Notes under the pieces: model-generated
What the model saw: the letters and a program-made list of their open reading frames with translations, nothing else
The model's database searches: none
Told to the model about the DNA's origin: nothing
Made by a program: the position numbers and the translations under genes
Shown: positions 41,193-49,521 of the stretch, in pieces
How positions within the stretch are numbered: position 1 is the stretch's first letter
Layout of the letters: each line of letters starts with the position of its first letter
Virus record (IMG/VR): IMGVR_UViG_3300032431_000082
Coordinates: 1 to 62,178 of that record
Length of the DNA: 62,178 nucleotides
Source: a virus
Lineage: Duplodnaviria > Caudoviricetes
Strand: one strand, 5' to 3'

Positions 41193-41893
41193 TGACTATT
41201 ATGAGTGATACAATAACGTCTGCACTGGTGCAGTGGAAGGGGCGATTGAAGGCTTACCTATTGAGTAAGTCATTAGTAGGTGTCCCCACAGTGGTGACAT
41301 TGTTAGAAGATATAGATGACATTATTACGTCCATGGATACCCCAGTAGAAGGGGGGTTAACATTAAATGATGTCCATACCATAGATAGATTGGGGTGTGG
41401 GTTGGCGGTGCTATCAATGTACTGTGATGGCATGGATACATCAGCGATAGCTCGCGCAGTGCACACACAGACTGGTATGGAGATCAGTGGTCAGGAGGTA
41501 CAGAAGTGGATCAATACCTATGAACAATCGGGGGTAGTGCGTAGGAGTACCATGACCAACCTATCCATATTCGATACCAAGAGTCGTATGGAAGATATAT
41601 TGATGATGTTACAGACCACATTATCGGAGGTAGAGGCGGCCGATGAGAGTGAGTTCTCTAGAGCTAAGACTACTAGGTACGAGGTGAAGTTAGCGGCTAT
41701 AGGGCAGATACGCTCCTCAGTCAAGGATGCGAGGCAAGTGATAGAGGCTTTACACCAGATGAATACGTACCGTGAGCTAGCAGACATCATACTGCAGGAG
41801 ATAAGGATGGAGAGCCCATCCGCACAGCAGAGGATAATGAGGCGCTTAAAGGAGAAGGGTGCCATCATTAAGGCCATAATGCCCGCAGCATAG
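41192..41893 (+). CDS. HTH plus coiled-coil protein, possible terminase small subunit
   Basis: G.....IA..V....G..IS...V..W HTH followed by long helices. TAATG coupling with the upstream gene. Confidence 0.4.
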   Translation: MTIMSDTITSALVQWKGRLKAYLLSKSLVGVPTVVTLLEDIDDIITSMDTPVEGGLTLNDVHTIDRLGCGLAVLSMYCDGMDTSAIARAVHTQTGMEISGQEVQKWINTYEQSGVVRRSTMTNLSIFDTKSRMEDILMMLQTTLSEVEAADESEFSRAKTTRYEVKLAAIGQIRSSVKDARQVIEALHQMNTYRELADIILQEIRMESPSAQQRIMRRLKEKGAIIKAIMPAA

Positions 41894-41922
41894 TCCTATA
41901 CAATTATCTCTATTGAATATAG

Positions 41923-41951
41923 CGACGGGCCCTTTATTATAGGGTCCGTCG
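41923..41951. terminator. Hairpin between convergent genes, possibly a bidirectional terminator
   Basis: Stem CGACGGGCCCT / AGGGTCCGTCG with a 7-nt loop. Confidence 0.6.
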
Positions 41952-41956
41952 TATGT

Positions 41957-42172
41957 TTACCCCAGCCACCCTGGGAATAGTCCTGTGTACTGGTAATCGG
42001 GCCCTGTACCCAGTAATCCCAGGGTGGGAGTTACATTACCGTAGTAACCATTGAGTATGGTCTTATCAGGCTCTAAGGGGGCCATAGATTGTACTAGTGC
42101 AATGATCTCATCCTGTGTCATGACCTTACTCTGTAGTAGGCTGAGTAGCCCTTCTTTACTTATTGAATCCAT
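41957..42172 (-). CDS. Small hypothetical protein
   Basis: 71-aa ORF ending before the hairpin. Confidence 0.5.
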   Translation of the reverse strand: MDSISKEGLLSLLQSKVMTQDEIIALVQSMAPLEPDKTILNGYYGNVTPTLGLLGTGPDYQYTGLFPGWLG

Positions 42173-42325
42173 TACTGGTAATCCTTATGTATGTGTGGAG
42201 AGTAGGTCGCTACGCTCCCAGCGTTGCTAGACTGTACTCCTTGATAGGGTGGTCAACATATCACGTACATCGGTTGTCTTAATATCTTCTAGCTCTGCAT
42301 TGATAGCGGTATGTACTAGCTTCAT
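42172..42325 (-). pseudogene. Small gene truncated by a family-B micro-element
   Basis: Reads MKLVH...SRSTV* with the stop supplied by the element. Removing 42206-42230 extends the ORF to ...YSPHIHKDYQ*, ending in a TAATG overlap with the next gene. Confidence 0.5.
42206..42230 (+). mobile_element. Micro-palindromic element family B, 25 nt
   Basis: TAG-GTCGCTACGCTCCCAGCGTTGC-TAG. Confidence 0.7.
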
Positions 42326-42340
42326 CACCCCACTCAAGAA

Positions 42341-42360
42341 GGGTCGTGGCCCACGGCACT
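42341..42360 (+). repeat. Micro-element family A copy
   Basis: GGGTCGTGGCCCACGGCACT. Confidence 0.7.
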
Positions 42361-42748
42361 ACTTGTCATAGTATTGAGTAGCTGTTGTAATGACTGTAGT
42401 TCATTGCGACCCATATCTTTAAACAGTCGCCTTAGTTCTGGCTGGACGTCCTTTATATCCACTGATAATAGCTCCTGTGATTACTTGTACATCAATTGTT
42501 ATACGTGGTATGCGGCGTGCTGGTTGGTAAGTAATTGTCTCATCTGGGATGAGTACAGCACCTATAGGCGTATCAATCATCATATAGGTAGATATTGGTA
42601 CCACCTGATAGGTCATCACCATCCACATCTTCTGGTATGTAGATGTACTCAGGTACCGATGGCGCTGTAAGAGTGTTGATAGTGTCTGGGACTGTATTAG
42701 GGTCAGACAGTGTAGGGCCTGGAGTAATCATGTCATCACCTCAATAAG

Positions 42749-42994
42749 TTAATCATCACTGGATGTAATAGTATCCGCTAACCTATAGATACCATCTGGT
42801 ATAATAGGCACCCCTAACATATACACTAAGGTACCCGGGGGTGGCATAGAGTTTAAGGAGTCGCCTGGTTCTATGATTCTACCGCATGCCTGTAGTTGCT
42901 TACCATCTACAATTGCGGGCCCTTGTGGGGAGTTATACTTATTATTGTGATCCCATTGTCCTGTAGTGACCTTATATATGCCATCTTTAGTCAT
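42749..42994 (-). CDS. Small hypothetical protein
   Basis: 81-aa ORF immediately downstream of the tRNA. Confidence 0.55.
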   Translation of the reverse strand: MTKDGIYKVTTGQWDHNNKYNSPQGPAIVDGKQLQACGRIIEPGDSLNSMPPPGTLVYMLGVPIIPDGIYRLADTITSSDD

Positions 42995-43013
42995 AGTACG
43001 TTCTTATTGTTAA

Positions 43014-43087
43014 TGGAGCTAGCAGGACTCGAACCTGCGACCTTGACGATAGGAATGTCCTGTTCTATCCATCTGAACTATAGCTCC
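43014..43087 (-). tRNA. trnR: tRNA-Arg (anticodon CCT)
   Basis: Acceptor stem GGAGCTA/TAGCTCC, D-arm GTTC-AGATGGATA-GAAC with A20, anticodon loop TTCCTAT, T-arm GCAGG-TTCGAGT-CCTGC. CCA is not encoded. The anticodon stem has two mismatches. Confidence 0.88.
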
Positions 43088-43092
43088 GCGCC

Positions 43093-43114
43093 CCCTACAT
43101 TATAGGTTGTAGGG
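43093..43114 (-). promoter_or_regulatory. Hairpin containing TATAAT just upstream of the tRNA (possible -10 box and/or terminator)
   Basis: Minus strand CCCTACA-ACCTATAA-TGTAGGG. Confidence 0.4.
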
Positions 43115-43125
43115 TACCCATCTAT

Positions 43126-44202
43126 TTAATCACAACCCCAGCATTGTACTTTGAAGGGGCATTCCTTACCATACCACTTAGTGCAGGGTGAGTCATACTC
43201 AGAGGGTGTGTGTAGGGGGAAGTAATCAGCCTCTATAGCCTTATGCACCCCCAGTAATGATGATAGCACCTTGTCCTTGTGCGTACTGGGTGGTGACCAT
43301 ATAAGCTTACCAGAGCGTACGTGATTGATACCTACACCTTCTACAACGTGCCCTGTGAGTTGCTCATACGCCCATGCGTACGCTAACAATTGCGGGTTAG
43401 TAGATACTTCATCTGGGGAAGGTGGCGCTCCAGCAGAGGTCTTATGGTCTATAATAGATAGCTTACCATTGTACATGGCTACTAAGTCGATAGAGCCTGA
43501 TAAGTGTATCCCCTTACCGCCACCGTATTCAGTAGGCAATAGGACAGGATTTATCATACGCTCATCATACTTAGATAATCCTAGCTCGACATACAGTACA
43601 TTTAACTCAGGTACCACGTACTTAGTCATTAGAGCATACGCCTCAGCATAGGCATCGCATAGTGAGAATGAGAGCCCTTTACCTATAGATAGGGCATCTA
43701 AACCATCCTTCAGCATACCTTGACCCAAGCCTGCCATAGCATCCTTCCACGCAGTAGTCGATTGTGGTACTGATGGCACATCCCCCTTAGCAGTGCGTAT
43801 AGGGTTAGGCCCAGTATAGGATATAGAAGCCCTCTCATATAGGGAGCGCACGCCATGCGCGTACCGCAATAGGTCAGCATATATATCCCCATCATTACCA
43901 TCTATAAGGTTCAAGTCAATGAGACAAGCCTCAGAGGTAGACTCAAACATATCTATTACCGTACCCTTACCTAAAAAGTACATCTCTAGTGCATTGTGCG
44001 CTAGTGAACCCACGACTGTGGAGTATGAGGATGTGTACTCTCTCTTCTGTCTCTCTATGTATTGTAAGCGGTATGCCTCACCACACTTCAAGTAAGTCTG
44101 TAATCTACTGACAGAATAGTAAGTGTATTGATCCCTGGGTATATCCTTAGTGGATATGATGGGATTAGCTAAGACAGTCTTTGGGGAGGTTAATGTTTGC
44201 AT
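43126..44202 (-). CDS. PD-(D/E)XK Cas4/RecB-like exonuclease
   Basis: SVSRL..Y..C, G...H.ALE, E..L...GSIDLV...IIDHKTS, QL..Y and a C-terminal Cys cluster (C...CPF...C). Confidence 0.85.
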   Translation of the reverse strand: MQTLTSPKTVLANPIISTKDIPRDQYTYYSVSRLQTYLKCGEAYRLQYIERQKREYTSSYSTVVGSLAHNALEMYFLGKGTVIDMFESTSEACLIDLNLIDGNDGDIYADLLRYAHGVRSLYERASISYTGPNPIRTAKGDVPSVPQSTTAWKDAMAGLGQGMLKDGLDALSIGKGLSFSLCDAYAEAYALMTKYVVPELNVLYVELGLSKYDERMINPVLLPTEYGGGKGIHLSGSIDLVAMYNGKLSIIDHKTSAGAPPSPDEVSTNPQLLAYAWAYEQLTGHVVEGVGINHVRSGKLIWSPPSTHKDKVLSSLLGVHKAIEADYFPLHTPSEYDSPCTKWYGKECPFKVQCWGCD

Positions 44203-44215
44203 TAGGTATGCGGAA

Positions 44216-44245
44216 TGTGTTATGTTATAAGTATAACACACTCAC
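44216..44245. promoter_or_regulatory. Divergent promoter/operator: inverted repeat with an extended -10-like TGTTATACT on the minus strand
   Basis: TGTGTTAT-N9-ATAACACA. TATAACACACTCAC also occurs at 40375-40388. Confidence 0.4.
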
Positions 44246-44265
44246 TACATTTAGTAGTAAAACAT

Positions 44266-44916
44266 ATGGCAGTACATAAAGAGGGGGCAGTGCCTGCATT
44301 AGGTGATAGGACGGTAGTAGCAATAGACCCAGGGGCTAAGGGAGGCATAGCTCATATATCAATTAACTTCAGAGGTATGTTTACCTTAGTAGAGGTATTT
44401 GATATGCCTAACTTAGACACTGCGAAGGGGTTGCAGACATTGATACATTGGTTAGAAGAGGTACATTATGATGAGGTTGTGTTAGAGGTACAGAGGTGTA
44501 GACGTGGTAACTCTGCTATGAGTACATGGAATCATGCTAGAGGGTATGGTAAGTTAGAGGCATGTATAGCATTAGGCTCTGATAAGCCCTTGACATTAGT
44601 AGAGCCTATTGTATGGTTATCTAAGGTGAAAGAGGTAATAGGTAATCCAGTAGTGCCACCACTTAAGGATACAAAGGCTAGGACGTGGACATTAGCTAAT
44701 ACCCTATTCCCAGAAGCAGTACTGACAGGGGCTAGAGGTAGGAAGAAGGATGGGTTAGCAGATGCTATATGCTTGGGGTGGTACCACTTGCTACAAGTTC
44801 ACCCACTAAAGTCGTTAGGTTGCTGCGCTCCCTCCTCGCAGGATGCTCTTGTCCCCTCTCCGAGTGGACAGCGAGGAAGCATTCCTAGCGTTGCTAACAC
44901 TCCCGTAGAAAGGTAG
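44266..44916 (+). CDS. ruvC: RuvC-like Holliday junction resolvase
   Basis: VAIDPG..GGIA, VVLE, G.YG, V.P..W and DG.ADA..L. The C-terminal tail is encoded by a palindromic insert. Confidence 0.8.
   Translation: MAVHKEGAVPALGDRTVVAIDPGAKGGIAHISINFRGMFTLVEVFDMPNLDTAKGLQTLIHWLEEVHYDEVVLEVQRCRRGNSAMSTWNHARGYGKLEACIALGSDKPLTLVEPIVWLSKVKEVIGNPVVPPLKDTKARTWTLANTLFPEAVLTGARGRKKDGLADAICLGWYHLLQVHPLKSLGCCAPSSQDALVPSPSGQRGSIPSVANTPVER
44810..44897 (+). mobile_element. Composite 88-nt palindromic insert related to family B
   Basis: Flanked by the direct repeat CTAA and ending AGCGTTGCTAA. Nested stems CGTTAGG/CCTAGCG, TCCTCGC/GCGAGGA and TGTCC/GGACA. Confidence 0.55.
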
Positions 44917-45262
44917 CGCGTACAGTTTCAGCCATAGTACATACACCAGCCTCCTTTTCATTGTAGAGGGAGGCTCTCTTCTTACAGATACCTTTATGGG
45001 TGGTAGCGATACCTTTATCTACATTACCAGTAGCTGTAGGCACTTGCCCCATTAATGCTAATGCCAGAATATCGGGTGTGAATACAGGGCCCCACTCTAA
45101 TCTCAGTAGTTTAGTTATATCTAGTACATGGGTTAACACCTCTACCTCTTCACCTACTGATACGGGAGTGGTACATAGTATGTAATCTATTACCATCAAG
45201 GTAGTCGTTAGATTAGTACCAGCCGGTAATGCTTTCAATACGTCTGCTATTAAGTTATTCAT
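44894..45262 (-). CDS. Hypothetical protein
   Basis: 122-aa ORF in the primase operon. Confidence 0.55.
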   Translation of the reverse strand: MNNLIADVLKALPAGTNLTTTLMVIDYILCTTPVSVGEEVEVLTHVLDITKLLRLEWGPVFTPDILALALMGQVPTATGNVDKGIATTHKGICKKRASLYNEKEAGVCTMAETVRATFLREC

Positions 45263-45290
45263 ATCTTTGTGCGTGTATGTATTAACTGAT

Positions 45291-45683
45291 CTAGGGGCTG
45301 TGAGCTATAAAGGGTGGGGGTATGGGCATAGCCGCTATGAGTTCCCTAAGCCTGCGCCTATTATTACATCCGTACCTCTCAAGGTGTAAGGTAGGGAATA
45401 GCTGATCCCATAAGCTAATGTAAGCACCTCTCAATAACTTCCCCCCTTTCTTAGCTATTGAGAGTGCTGTGGGGTCATAGAGTACATTAGTATCCCACCC
45501 CATAACCTTATGTAATCTGTCTACGTACTCTTCTACAGTGGCCTTATCTTGTGACCATAGGGTGTAGTGCATTGAGGACACTACTACATCATCTACAGTC
45601 TCTACACCAATCAGTATTAGGGGGAGAATTATATTGTCATCGTAGGCCCCTTCTAACCACACAGCATACTTCAAGCTCCCCAT
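45291..45683 (-). CDS. Hypothetical protein
   Basis: 130-aa ORF overlapping the primase end. Confidence 0.6.
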   Translation of the reverse strand: MGSLKYAVWLEGAYDDNIILPLILIGVETVDDVVVSSMHYTLWSQDKATVEEYVDRLHKVMGWDTNVLYDPTALSIAKKGGKLLRGAYISLWDQLFPTLHLERYGCNNRRRLRELIAAMPIPPPFIAHSP

Positions 45684-46978
45684 ATAGCTAGTACATACTC
45701 TAAAGGGGACATAGATGAGGGGACATATGATTGCAGTAGTTCTTTACCGCGACCTGTAGCCGTCACTAACTGTGTGAGCTTCTTATGCCACGATAGGTCG
45801 CGCCCATACTTACCAATGAGGTACTCTACCAAGGATATCTTTCTACTCTCAACCATAGCAGTGAATGACCTACCATTACAGCCGGTGCCTAATGTGTACT
45901 CATTGATGTCTTTGGAGGTGAATAGTTTGTTAGTTACCATGTGCGAACCTTCTGTAGGTAATATACATATACTTATCATTGCATGTGGCAGTAACGTCTG
46001 TAGCTCAATCAATTGCGGTATGACTACCCTCCACGACTTATACTCACCCGCGTAATAGGGGTGATCATCTGCATGTACATCAGAGTCATATATACATATG
46101 ATCTCCTCGAACCCTTCTAGCTTATGGTAATGGTGCAGCAATCCCTGCAAGCCTAATGTACCTAGGGCTGGCAATGATAGATTATGTAGGGATAGGGTGT
46201 CAGGGTACCCTTCAGTTAGGTACACGTAAGGATTACCCCTATCTTTATAGGAGGTAATGTGCTCTTCCCCGACTAGGTAATGGGATATAGTTGTAAGCCC
46301 TGAGCCTTTAGTGTGCTTCCACTTAGGGAACATAGGCTCCCCATCCTCACGTAAAGGTATGTTGTAGATATACCGGCCTGTTAGATGTACCACCTTCCCC
46401 CTAATATCCTTAATAGGGAAGATGATACGTTTACCCATATAGTCCCTACCTTCGGAGTCTTCAGTAGAACGTAACCCTATGTTCTGTAAGCTAGTAATAT
46501 CTAAGCCATAACTGATTAATGTCTGTGCGTGGGGGGCGTAACCTATACCAGCGGACGCAATAGTCTTATCAGTCCACCCTCTAGACTTCAGGTAAGCCAT
46601 AGCATGTACCCCCTCACCACTATGTAGTAATGATTGGTATATAGATAGTACTTCCTCCAATATAGATATCTTCACATCCATATACTCATTGGTAGTCGAT
46701 AAGCCATACTCTTGTTCCAGTGCATCCATTGCCTGATAGAAACTACCGCTACCCCACATATTATGTACCCACCGGTAATGGTGTACGACATCTACCACCC
46801 TCCCATGACTGGGGCACTTAGTGGAGTAACACCACCCTAGCCCTTTACTATTCAAAGAGAAGCTAGGGCGGGCACAGTAGGGGCAATTATTAGAGCCTAC
46901 CTTTAATGTAGGGATTAGATCTGTGAGTTTACTGTGCGCGTGTATCTCACTGAGGCGAGCGAGTGTATTGGGATCCAT
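45671..46978 (-). CDS. dnaG: DNA primase (zinc finger plus Toprim)
   Basis: CPYC..PSF...CY..C zinc finger, YLKSRG, IGYAP, RIIFPI.D..G....GR, YLTEGYPD and YDSD. Confidence 0.9.
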   Translation of the reverse strand: MDPNTLARLSEIHAHSKLTDLIPTLKVGSNNCPYCARPSFSLNSKGLGWCYSTKCPSHGRVVDVVHHYRWVHNMWGSGSFYQAMDALEQEYGLSTTNEYMDVKISILEEVLSIYQSLLHSGEGVHAMAYLKSRGWTDKTIASAGIGYAPHAQTLISYGLDITSLQNIGLRSTEDSEGRDYMGKRIIFPIKDIRGKVVHLTGRYIYNIPLREDGEPMFPKWKHTKGSGLTTISHYLVGEEHITSYKDRGNPYVYLTEGYPDTLSLHNLSLPALGTLGLQGLLHHYHKLEGFEEIICIYDSDVHADDHPYYAGEYKSWRVVIPQLIELQTLLPHAMISICILPTEGSHMVTNKLFTSKDINEYTLGTGCNGRSFTAMVESRKISLVEYLIGKYGRDLSWHKKLTQLVTATGRGKELLQSYVPSSMSPLEYVLAIWGA

Positions 46979-47089
46979 GGTATTTATTGTAGGGGGCGGC
47001 GTACTAAATCTCTATAATTAACGGTCATACTGCATCATAGATGCTGGACATATCCGATGTACTAGAATCACTGCCATAATGTAATCATA

Positions 47090-48589
47090 GTGCGAGAGGT
47101 GTATATGCAAGAAGGTAATAATTATGAATGGGCCTTATCTAACTTAGTTACGACTATAGGTGCGGATAGGGCGGTGGTATTCCAATTCACTGAGGATTAT
47201 ACTGGTGGTACATTTATAGCATCATCGGGTGCTCCTATACCAGGTAGTACCCCCCCTACTATAAATTGGCAGCAGTGTACTGTAATGGATTCGCTATTAG
47301 ACGAAGAGTACTGGTCATTAGAGGATAAGGATACCATCACTTCCACTACTCATAGGGCACTCGTGGATAGTCTGTGCGTACGGTCATACCTATACTCCAC
47401 AATAAAGGTATTGGGGATTGTGTGGGGCGTGGTAGGGGTACATAACATCAATAGCCCGCGCAAGTGGAGCCCCGATGATAAGTCATTACTACAGACTACC
47501 GCCCTACACATAAGTGGGAGCCTCTTGAAGGAAGCTCTTGTAGAGAATATATCATTACACTCTAAGATAAAGAAGAGTAAGATGTTACTGCAGAAGGTCA
47601 TCGATAGTACGCCCGTATACCTAGGAATAAAAGATGATACAGGTAAGTTTATATTAGTGAATAAGGCACTATCTGAGGCTGCTGGGTATACTAGCCCCAA
47701 GGATATGGTGGGTAAGGTAGAGTGGGGTGATTACTTCCCCGCAACCTCTATAGAAGAGGAGGGCAGTGTACTAGCGACTGGGGAGACAGTGATATCCTTA
47801 TCCAGTAAAGGTAAGGATAGATACTTTACTGTGCATAGATTATTCGTACCTGGTGATAATGTTTTAGAGCCTATGGTTGTATCCACATTAATAGATATAA
47901 CAGAGTTAGCAGTCATCACTAAGAGGTTAGAAGATTTCACGCGCATAGCTAGTCATGACCTGCAAGAACCATTACGCACTATCACATCCTTCTTAGGATT
48001 GTTGAAGAAGAGACATGGGAGTGAGGTATCATTAGCAGCATTACATTACGTGGATACAGCAATAGATGCGTCTAAGAGGATGGGTGAATTACTAACTGAC
48101 CTATTAGAGTACTCACGCTTGGGGTCTAAGACTAAGTCTATGAAGTGGGCACCCCTATCAGATGTATTAATGAAGGCACTAAGGAATCTATCCGGTAAGT
48201 TAGTGTTTGATGTATGCCCCACTATAATGTACGACCCCAATGGATTCCCAGAAGTGTGGGGTGATGAGGTGCAGTTAATAGCATGCCTACAGAACGTACT
48301 ATCTAATGCCATTAAGTTTGGTGAGGGGGCGCCTATAGAGATAACGCATACTGTAACAGACACACATTGGGTTATCTCTGTAGCAGATCATGGTGTGGGT
48401 GTACCGGAGGGTATGGAGCTAGCCATATTCAGACCATTTAAGAGGGCACAGAGTAAGTTCGAGGGGACTGGTATGGGCTTAGCGATAGTAGAGAAGGTAG
48501 CTCACATACATCAAGGTAGTGCGTGGGTCACTGCTACACCTGGTGGTGGTGCTACTGTACACGTGAGTATCAAACGACATGAACACTAA
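47090..48589 (+). CDS. GAF-PAS sensor histidine kinase (Cph1/COG4251-like transmitter)
   Basis: GAF (ADRAVVFQF...WGVVGVH...PRKW...LL), PAS (VIDSTP...KD..G....N...DITE), H-box ASHDLQEPLRTI, N-box QNVLSNAIKF, G1 DHGVG, F-box IFRPF and G2 GTGMGLAIV. An alternative start is ATG 47105. Confidence 0.92.
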   Translation: MREVYMQEGNNYEWALSNLVTTIGADRAVVFQFTEDYTGGTFIASSGAPIPGSTPPTINWQQCTVMDSLLDEEYWSLEDKDTITSTTHRALVDSLCVRSYLYSTIKVLGIVWGVVGVHNINSPRKWSPDDKSLLQTTALHISGSLLKEALVENISLHSKIKKSKMLLQKVIDSTPVYLGIKDDTGKFILVNKALSEAAGYTSPKDMVGKVEWGDYFPATSIEEEGSVLATGETVISLSSKGKDRYFTVHRLFVPGDNVLEPMVVSTLIDITELAVITKRLEDFTRIASHDLQEPLRTITSFLGLLKKRHGSEVSLAALHYVDTAIDASKRMGELLTDLLEYSRLGSKTKSMKWAPLSDVLMKALRNLSGKLVFDVCPTIMYDPNGFPEVWGDEVQLIACLQNVLSNAIKFGEGAPIEITHTVTDTHWVISVADHGVGVPEGMELAIFRPFKRAQSKFEGTGMGLAIVEKVAHIHQGSAWVTATPGGGATVHVSIKRHEH

Positions 48590-48980
48590 AAGGATATTAA
48601 TCATAGAAGATAGCTTAACTGATGCACACCTATTCGAGGAAGCTATAAAGGATTGTGGGGTAGATATAGGGGTGCAGATAGTTACTGATTGGGCAGGGGC
48701 TAGGTTAGCACTACAACATAGTGACACGCCCTTGAGACTAGTGTTACTAGACTTAAACTTAACTGGCGTAGGGGGGTGTGAAGTAATAACCCTCATAAAG
48801 AAGACAGAGTCCCAGGTACCTATAGTAGTATTCTCTACCTCCTCTAACCCCAGTGATATAGATAGGTGCTATAAAGTAGGTGCTAATGCTTACATTGTTA
48901 AGCCATATGATGTAGATCAATTGTTTGAGACCATGTGCTCCACATTTAAGTGGTGGTTAGATATCAATAAGATAGCGTAG
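48579..48980 (+). CDS. Single-domain response regulator (Rcp1-like)
   Basis: ILIIEDS..D, LLDLNL, PIVVFSTS....DI..CY..GANAYIVKP. Confidence 0.92.
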   Translation: MNTKRILIIEDSLTDAHLFEEAIKDCGVDIGVQIVTDWAGARLALQHSDTPLRLVLLDLNLTGVGGCEVITLIKKTESQVPIVVFSTSSNPSDIDRCYKVGANAYIVKPYDVDQLFETMCSTFKWWLDINKIA

Positions 48981-48993
48981 GTAGAGGGTTCCG

Positions 48994-49521
48994 ATGAGTA
49001 ATTTAAGTATATTGTTGATTGAGGATAGTAAGAGTGATGTGATGTTGGTACAAGAAGCCTTACTACATAGACAAGACCACTACACATTAAATGTAGCTAG
49101 TACACTGACAGGAGGAATGAAGCTATTAGAGGCCCATAAATATGATGTAATACTACTAGACTTACTACTGCCAGACTCTAACCCCACATCAATACTAGCG
49201 CCCTTGATTAGTGTAATGGCCAATCACCCTGGTGAATACCCTACAGTAGTGGTATTCACTGCCATTGCGGATAGGGATATAGAGTTGGAAGCCTTACGCA
49301 TGGGAGCGCAGGGGTACTTCTATAAAGGTAGGTTAGAGCCTGACAGTGAGCAGTTATGGATTACATTGAATAACGCATCTGTCAGGGGGTCATATATACG
49401 CTCACTAATATCTGTAGGCTTACCTAAGTCTGGTATATCTATGAAGGTCGTCACTGACTCCCAAAGAGTATTCGATAATATAATAGATAATGCACAGGCG
49501 GGGAGTGGGTTAAATGGATAA
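48994..49521 (+). CDS. Response regulator receiver protein with a short C-terminal extension
   Basis: ILLIEDS..D, YDVILLDLLLPDS, VVFTA and ALRMGAQGYFYKG. No DNA-binding domain is visible. Confidence 0.88.
   Translation: MSNLSILLIEDSKSDVMLVQEALLHRQDHYTLNVASTLTGGMKLLEAHKYDVILLDLLLPDSNPTSILAPLISVMANHPGEYPTVVVFTAIADRDIELEALRMGAQGYFYKGRLEPDSEQLWITLNNASVRGSYIRSLISVGLPKSGISMKVVTDSQRVFDNIIDNAQAGSGLNG

Noticed and set aside
42227-42229. In-frame TAG suggesting stop-codon recoding
   Set aside because: Long genes are intact in the standard code and several end in TAG. This stop is explained by the micro-element insertion.
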